Assembly (NCBI GenBank): GCA_965204375.1
Contig: OZ241986.1
Location: 2,624,001-2,688,000 of the forward strand
Length of the DNA stretch: 64,000 nucleotides
Direction of reading: 5' to 3'
Origin: Candidatus Latescibacterota bacterium
GTDB lineage: Bacteria > Latescibacterota > UBA2968
The notes under the pieces were generated by a model. The model was not told the DNA's origin and did not search any database. It worked only from the letters and a program-made list of their open reading frames with translations. Position numbers and translations under genes: made by a program. Shown here one piece after another: positions 58,953 to 64,000 of this stretch (position 1 is its first letter; every line of letters begins with the position of its first letter).

Positions 58953-60545
58953 TCAACCCAAAAAGCGGTTCAGCACATTCTTTGTAATCGCCGAAATCGA
59001 CTCATCTACCGGAAGAGAACTCGGATAACTGATCGACCCCACCGAAAACACCTCTCCCCCGCTCCCGGTGCGGTGATACACGATCTCCGCGCCTCCCTCA
59101 TCGGGGTTTAAGCCTTTGGCCAGCAGTTGTGCGTTTTTTGGCGAACTCTCTGTCATCTTATCCGTTTCGTGTCCCGATGCACCGCCCGGGCACCGCATAT
59201 GCAGACACTTCTCGCCAAAAATATCTCCCGTCTTCAGCCCTGTCCCTTCAAAGAACTCGTGTGCCCCATCCACCACCCGATAAGGCGCGCCAGTCATAAT
59301 ACCCGTCTCCGAACAGGTTACACCCAGCAGATTCGCCTCTGACTCGTGAAACAAATGGAATCGACTCTCCAATCCCAACTTCTGTAGATGGCTAAATCCC
59401 CCACCTTTATCTCCATTTCGCACCACCATCGTATATTCATCCGCAAACACCACCTCGCAATTCAGACCATTTCCACCCAGATACATCAGCTTGCCGCCCC
59501 GCTCAAACACCCAGGTCTTCAGCTTGTAATACATATCCGCAGACCAATACTCCGGATGCGTGCTGATGATCAATACCCGGTAATCGTCCAAATTCAATAC
59601 CCCGGAATGGAACTGCGTCTCCGCATAAAAATCGTATTCATATCCCTCCCGCTCCAACCACCCCAGCAACCGCCACTCCGCCGGGGCCACATGGCAATTC
59701 GACCTTCCCTCAATCGGATCGGTAATCCGTTCCTCCTCGGCAATAAAATTGATCGGCTCAGGCCGGTCGAACGACAGCGGGGCATATTCCTTTGAAGTAA
59801 AAAGCAAATGCCTGGGATCCGTATATCGCTTGAGATCCATTCGCGCATTCACGGTGGGCCTGGGCGGAAATTTCTCCGCGTGGATGTAATTGCTGCGCCC
59901 CCCAAAATTATTATACGCATTCCAGTTTATATTCGACGCCAGCACTGCAACGTCGGCACTCGGCTTTGCCGGTGCGACAATCCACGGAAACGAAAAAAAT
60001 ACACCTGACTCTGTTTTGGCGTGCAGATAATACAATCCCGATCGTTCGGGTGCTGTTATATATTGCTTGTGTGTCGGGCTGGTATAACCCTGTGCATTCC
60101 ATTGAATACCGGTCTGCGTATAATCCCCATCCGGCGTAACTTGCATCGTCGCCCGGGGACCGTGTTCATCGTACCAACCAATTGGACGCACCAACTCTTT
60201 CTGCCACCCATACCGCCACAGCGACAGCTTGTAAGCCTCCACCGCGTGTACCCTGAACTCTGACGACTGTCCGGACTGTACCCACTTTGGCCACATATAT
60301 CCCAGCAGCCCATCGGTCAACAGCCGGAACTGATAGAGGACCTTAGTCGGTATCTCAAGCGGTACTGTCTTAAAGCCATAACCCGGCTTGTAAAGTGTCA
60401 CTCTATACTTGCCGGAAGGCAACTCCGCATAAACCGCTCCAGTCGCCCGCGAACGCGCCTCAAATGACCCCGCCTCGCCTTCAAACTCCAGCAGCACCTC
60501 CGGCACTGCCACATATCGCTCATCGCTCACATATCCAATCAGCAT
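58953..60545 (-). CDS. N,N-dimethylformamidase large-subunit-like protein
   Basis: SGLYYLH, NWNAYNNFGGRS, WLEREGY, HPEYWS, YLGGN, GHETD, VFSVGSI; N-terminal beta-sandwich. Confidence 0.75.
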   Translation of the reverse strand: MLIGYVSDERYVAVPEVLLEFEGEAGSFEARSRATGAVYAELPSGKYRVTLYKPGYGFKTVPLEIPTKVLYQFRLLTDGLLGYMWPKWVQSGQSSEFRVHAVEAYKLSLWRYGWQKELVRPIGWYDEHGPRATMQVTPDGDYTQTGIQWNAQGYTSPTHKQYITAPERSGLYYLHAKTESGVFFSFPWIVAPAKPSADVAVLASNINWNAYNNFGGRSNYIHAEKFPPRPTVNARMDLKRYTDPRHLLFTSKEYAPLSFDRPEPINFIAEEERITDPIEGRSNCHVAPAEWRLLGWLEREGYEYDFYAETQFHSGVLNLDDYRVLIISTHPEYWSADMYYKLKTWVFERGGKLMYLGGNGLNCEVVFADEYTMVVRNGDKGGGFSHLQKLGLESRFHLFHESEANLLGVTCSETGIMTGAPYRVVDGAHEFFEGTGLKTGDIFGEKCLHMRCPGGASGHETDKMTESSPKNAQLLAKGLNPDEGGAEIVYHRTGSGGEVFSVGSISYPSSLPVDESISAITKNVLNRFLG

Positions 60546-60614
60546 ATTGTTCCCTTCTATTCAGCGATCTATCCGGCGCGTGCCTCGCTGAACAAAGTGT
60601 ATTCGCCCATCAGG

Positions 60615-62690
60615 TCAGATCCCCACACGCTCAAAATAGAAAATCCGCCCATCGTACGTCCCTACAAACAAGCCCCCGTCCACCACACAGGGAGGTGCTG
60701 TAATTGGCGATCCGAACACCACGCGGTCCCTGCATTCACCGGAATCGGCATCTAAGACGTACAAACACCCATCACATCCGCAAATTAGAAGACAATCCTC
60801 GAAATGGACCGGCGCAGCTAAAATGCTCCGCACGCCTCTGCGATAGGGAACCATATCCAGCAGATCGATCTCTGTCTGGAACCGCCACAGCAACGCCCCG
60901 GAATTGAAATCAAAACAGAGGGCCTCTCCCTCCGGTGTGGTAGCGTAGATCAGGCCATCCCGCACGAGCAGTCCAGTTGGATACCCGGCCGGGAGAATCG
61001 GCCTGTCCCAAACGACCTCCCCCGAAATCGCCCGCAACGCGGTTAAATGCGACGAGTCTCCCCCACTTACCAGCAGATCCCCAGCCACAACCGGCGTGGG
61101 ATATGGATACTCAACCCCTATCTGTTGTTCCCACACCACATTTCCGCTTTGCCGGTCCAGTGCCATCAGTCCCCGCCGCTGCAGGAGCAGAATAAGCAGG
61201 TCCTCATAAACCTGAGGGCTTGCGTAGCACGCCCAATTATCGCTGTCTTCAACAGGTACATACCACTGCTGCTCTCCCGTCTTCAGATCAAAAGCTACGT
61301 AACCGGCCTTTGCCCCTGCGTACAACGTCCCATCTGCAATAACCGGAGACGTATAAATCCAGCGCTCGGGATACCCGGGCAGATTCGCATGCCACAGCAG
61401 GCGGCCCGACGTCTCCTCCAGCGCATGCACCCGCCCGGTAACTGACACAGCCGCGCAGATGCCATCATCTACAGCCACGCTGTTTTTCACCGTCGCATCC
61501 GTGCGTGCATGCCACACCAGATCCCCACTACCCACCTCAATACAACATATCCCGCTGCGTGTGGGATACCCCTCATCTCGCAAGCTCAACAGCAGCCGAT
61601 CGCCTGCAGACACGGGTGCAGCCCGATGCAGTCCTCCTATAAGTCGCTGCTCCCAGCGCAGGCGCAGTCCTATTTCGTCAAATGCAATCTCTACCGGCGT
61701 ATCCTCAGAGGGTAGCGAAACGCCAGTGGATTTGTGCGCACGGAGTTCTACTCCCGCCCCCTCCTCTCCGAACCGCAAGACGCGGTAGCCCTTCGGCGAC
61801 GTATCGATCCCACCAAAACAGAACGGCGGGGTTGCGGCCACAACCATCTCTTTATAAGAGAATACCTTGCTGGAATGCCAGTGCCCGTGCAATACCAGAT
61901 GGACATTATACTGGCTCAACGCCTCCAAAAATGAAATCGGCGGAGGCGTGTGAATCACCACTACGATCTCCCGGTCCGCAGGCTGTAACTCCAAATCCGC
62001 CCAAAACCACGTCTCTTTCCGTTCCTGGTCCTCAGACGAAAAAAACGACTGTTCGTTGGGATAAAATACAAAGTGGCGTCCCCCCCAATCAAAGCTGTAA
62101 TACGAGGGACCGAGCACCGCTTCGAAATGCCGGGTAAACGTATAGCCCCCCTGTGAGACTCCCTCGTGGCGTTCCTCATTCCCATCGTGCCCGCCGAACA
62201 GCGGGAACACCGGCGTCGAAACCGTCTCAATTGCCTCGCGGAAACGGTACAATTCTGCAAGCTCTCCCCTATTCGTGAGATCTCCACTCGCCACAATCAG
62301 ATCCGGACTGGCTTCCCGGACAAGTTGCTGTAGTGCCTCGGCAAGAACCTCTCCAGATGTCAGCATATCCCCTTCCGTCACAACGTGTGTATCGGTAATC
62401 TGCACAAGCGTAAACTCCCGTGCAGCCCGCTCAGGCGCAGGCTCAAGCCCAAAATCCACCCCATCTTGCGTGCCCATCCAGTTCCGTGTAGAAGAGTAAA
62501 ACCCCGATGTTGCCCGAAAACCATCCGGAACGGTCACAAAGACAAACCGGTGCGCCTCCGGTTCCACCGCAAGCGCGTACCGGCCCCCCTCGTCCGTCTG
62601 CACAACCCGCTCCCCATTGGAGACCAAAACGCCGCCCAGACCGCGTCCAGACGGATCTTCCATCACCCTGCCTCGAATTTCAATCGCCAT
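60615..62690 (-). CDS. Calcineurin-like metallophosphoesterase fused to a PQQ-type beta-propeller
   Basis: TDTH, SGDL, GGHD, HGHWH; C-terminal repeated 'G…W' PQQ-like blades. Confidence 0.85.
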   Translation of the reverse strand: MAIEIRGRVMEDPSGRGLGGVLVSNGERVVQTDEGGRYALAVEPEAHRFVFVTVPDGFRATSGFYSSTRNWMGTQDGVDFGLEPAPERAAREFTLVQITDTHVVTEGDMLTSGEVLAEALQQLVREASPDLIVASGDLTNRGELAELYRFREAIETVSTPVFPLFGGHDGNEERHEGVSQGGYTFTRHFEAVLGPSYYSFDWGGRHFVFYPNEQSFFSSEDQERKETWFWADLELQPADREIVVVIHTPPPISFLEALSQYNVHLVLHGHWHSSKVFSYKEMVVAATPPFCFGGIDTSPKGYRVLRFGEEGAGVELRAHKSTGVSLPSEDTPVEIAFDEIGLRLRWEQRLIGGLHRAAPVSAGDRLLLSLRDEGYPTRSGICCIEVGSGDLVWHARTDATVKNSVAVDDGICAAVSVTGRVHALEETSGRLLWHANLPGYPERWIYTSPVIADGTLYAGAKAGYVAFDLKTGEQQWYVPVEDSDNWACYASPQVYEDLLILLLQRRGLMALDRQSGNVVWEQQIGVEYPYPTPVVAGDLLVSGGDSSHLTALRAISGEVVWDRPILPAGYPTGLLVRDGLIYATTPEGEALCFDFNSGALLWRFQTEIDLLDMVPYRRGVRSILAAPVHFEDCLLICGCDGCLYVLDADSGECRDRVVFGSPITAPPCVVDGGLFVGTYDGRIFYFERVGI

Positions 62691-62829
62691 AGTGCACCTC
62701 TTTGTTCGCAGTTATAGGCAAAATACAATATTCACACCCCGAGGCAAAACAAACAATGATTGCCTGCCATATAAAGATTGTGCATAATAGAATCAGAATC
62801 CAATATGTAACCCTCACAAAGGATGGAAA

Positions 62830-64000
62830 ATGAGTGATAGACCGAATATTTTGTGGTTATCCTTAGAAGACACAAGCCCGAGATTTGGGTGTTATGGCGA
62901 TGAAGTAGCGCGCACGCCAAATCTCGACAAACTGGCATCGGAGGGATGCCGGTACCCCAATGCATTTTCAACGGCGGGCGTATGCGCGCCAAGTCGCTCG
63001 GCGATTATTACAGGCATGTATCAAACGGCAATTGGCTCGCAGCACATGCGCACGCGCCACACCAATGCGCACGCACCGCAAATGCCCACGCCCTATGATG
63101 CAGTACCCCCACATTATGTCAAATGTTTTCCAGAATATTTGCGGATGGCCGGGTATTACTGCACGAACAACACAAAAACCGACTATCAATTTACCCCGCC
63201 AATTACTGCCTGGGATGAATTGAGCGCACAAGCCCACTGGCGCAACCGTCCCGATGGCACGCCCTTCTTTGCGGTATTTAATCGCACCGTAACGCACGAA
63301 AGCGGCATGTGGCCCGAGAAACGCCCAGAAGTAGAGACCGATCCAGATACAGTCACATTACCGCCCTATATCCCCAACACGCCCAAAGCGCGACTATCAT
63401 TAGCGCGGCATTACGACAATATCGCCGACAACGATGCGTGGGTTGGCGAAATGCTACAGCAATTGGAAGACGATGGATTGGCAGACAACACAATAGTATT
63501 CATCTGGAGCGATCACGGCGAAGGACTACCTCGCGCCAAGCGCTGGCCCTATGATGCGGGCATTCGCATACCGTGCATCGTGCGCTGGCCGGGCAAATTG
63601 GAACCGGGCAGCGTCAATGAGCGGTTGGTGAGCATGATCGACCTTGGCCCGACCGTACTATCACTCGCCGGCGTACAAATCCCAGCCCACCTCCAGGGCC
63701 AACCCTTTGTGGGACCACAGGAAAAAGACCGGGATTACATATTCGCAACGCGGGATCGATACGACGAATCTTATGACATGATGCGCGCCGTGCGGGATAA
63801 GCGATTCAAATACATACGAAACTACATGACGGAAAACCCGTATTTATTGTGGATCCCCTATCGCAATCGGCATCCCGCATTGCAGGAAATGTGGCGGCTC
63901 CATCTCGCGGGCGAATTGGAAGGTGTACAAAATGTGATGTTTCAAAAACGCCCCGTAGAAGAATTGTACGACACGGAAAACGATCCATTTGAAGTCAACA
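62830..64000 (+). CDS. Sulfatase, 3'-truncated by window edge
   Basis: Translated by hand: MSDRPNILWLSLED…VCAPSRSAIITG…WSDHGEG; no stop before the window end (absent from the ORF track). Confidence 0.9.
   Translation, partial: MSDRPNILWLSLEDTSPRFGCYGDEVARTPNLDKLASEGCRYPNAFSTAGVCAPSRSAIITGMYQTAIGSQHMRTRHTNAHAPQMPTPYDAVPPHYVKCFPEYLRMAGYYCTNNTKTDYQFTPPITAWDELSAQAHWRNRPDGTPFFAVFNRTVTHESGMWPEKRPEVETDPDTVTLPPYIPNTPKARLSLARHYDNIADNDAWVGEMLQQLEDDGLADNTIVFIWSDHGEGLPRAKRWPYDAGIRIPCIVRWPGKLEPGSVNERLVSMIDLGPTVLSLAGVQIPAHLQGQPFVGPQEKDRDYIFATRDRYDESYDMMRAVRDKRFKYIRNYMTENPYLLWIPYRNRHPALQEMWRLHLAGELEGVQNVMFQKRPVEELYDTENDPFEVN

Noticed and set aside
1-64000. CRISPR array, tRNA/rRNA, prophage or intact transposase
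   Set aside because: No regularly spaced repeat-spacer units, RNA-gene signatures, or phage/transposase proteins were seen by eye

Overview
Bacterial chromosomal window of moderate GC with about 50 genes and no rRNA, tRNA or CRISPR array. Three sulfatases, two PhyH dioxygenases, a secreted protein with a dockerin-like tail and the dcw style suggest a Latescibacterota/Gemmatimonadota-like marine or sponge-associated organism; this is inference only. Core blocks: lysine riboswitch-dapA-dapB plus a divergent transaldolase, hrcA-grpE-dnaJ, glnA, uppS-cdsA-dxr-rseP, and a dcw cluster (mraZ to ftsZ) that lacks mraY, murD, murG and ddl. The first ~19 kb is accessory-rich. It holds an orphan HicB and an orphan DNA methyltransferase, and a dppA/dppBC operon split by an MNT-HEPN fusion and a helical-protein + HNH pair. 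It also holds three same-orientation copies of an IS3-like end (ACGGGTCAAGTCCA) at module boundaries, two of which cut genes. The most unusual gene is a 1062-aa lipoprotein fusing a LivJ-type ligand-binding domain to a SpoIVB/S55 serine-peptidase domain. Also notable: a sigma54-type promoter on DUF1800, a complementary M16 peptidase pair split by a PhyH gene, and a secreted temptin-like CxxCH protein.
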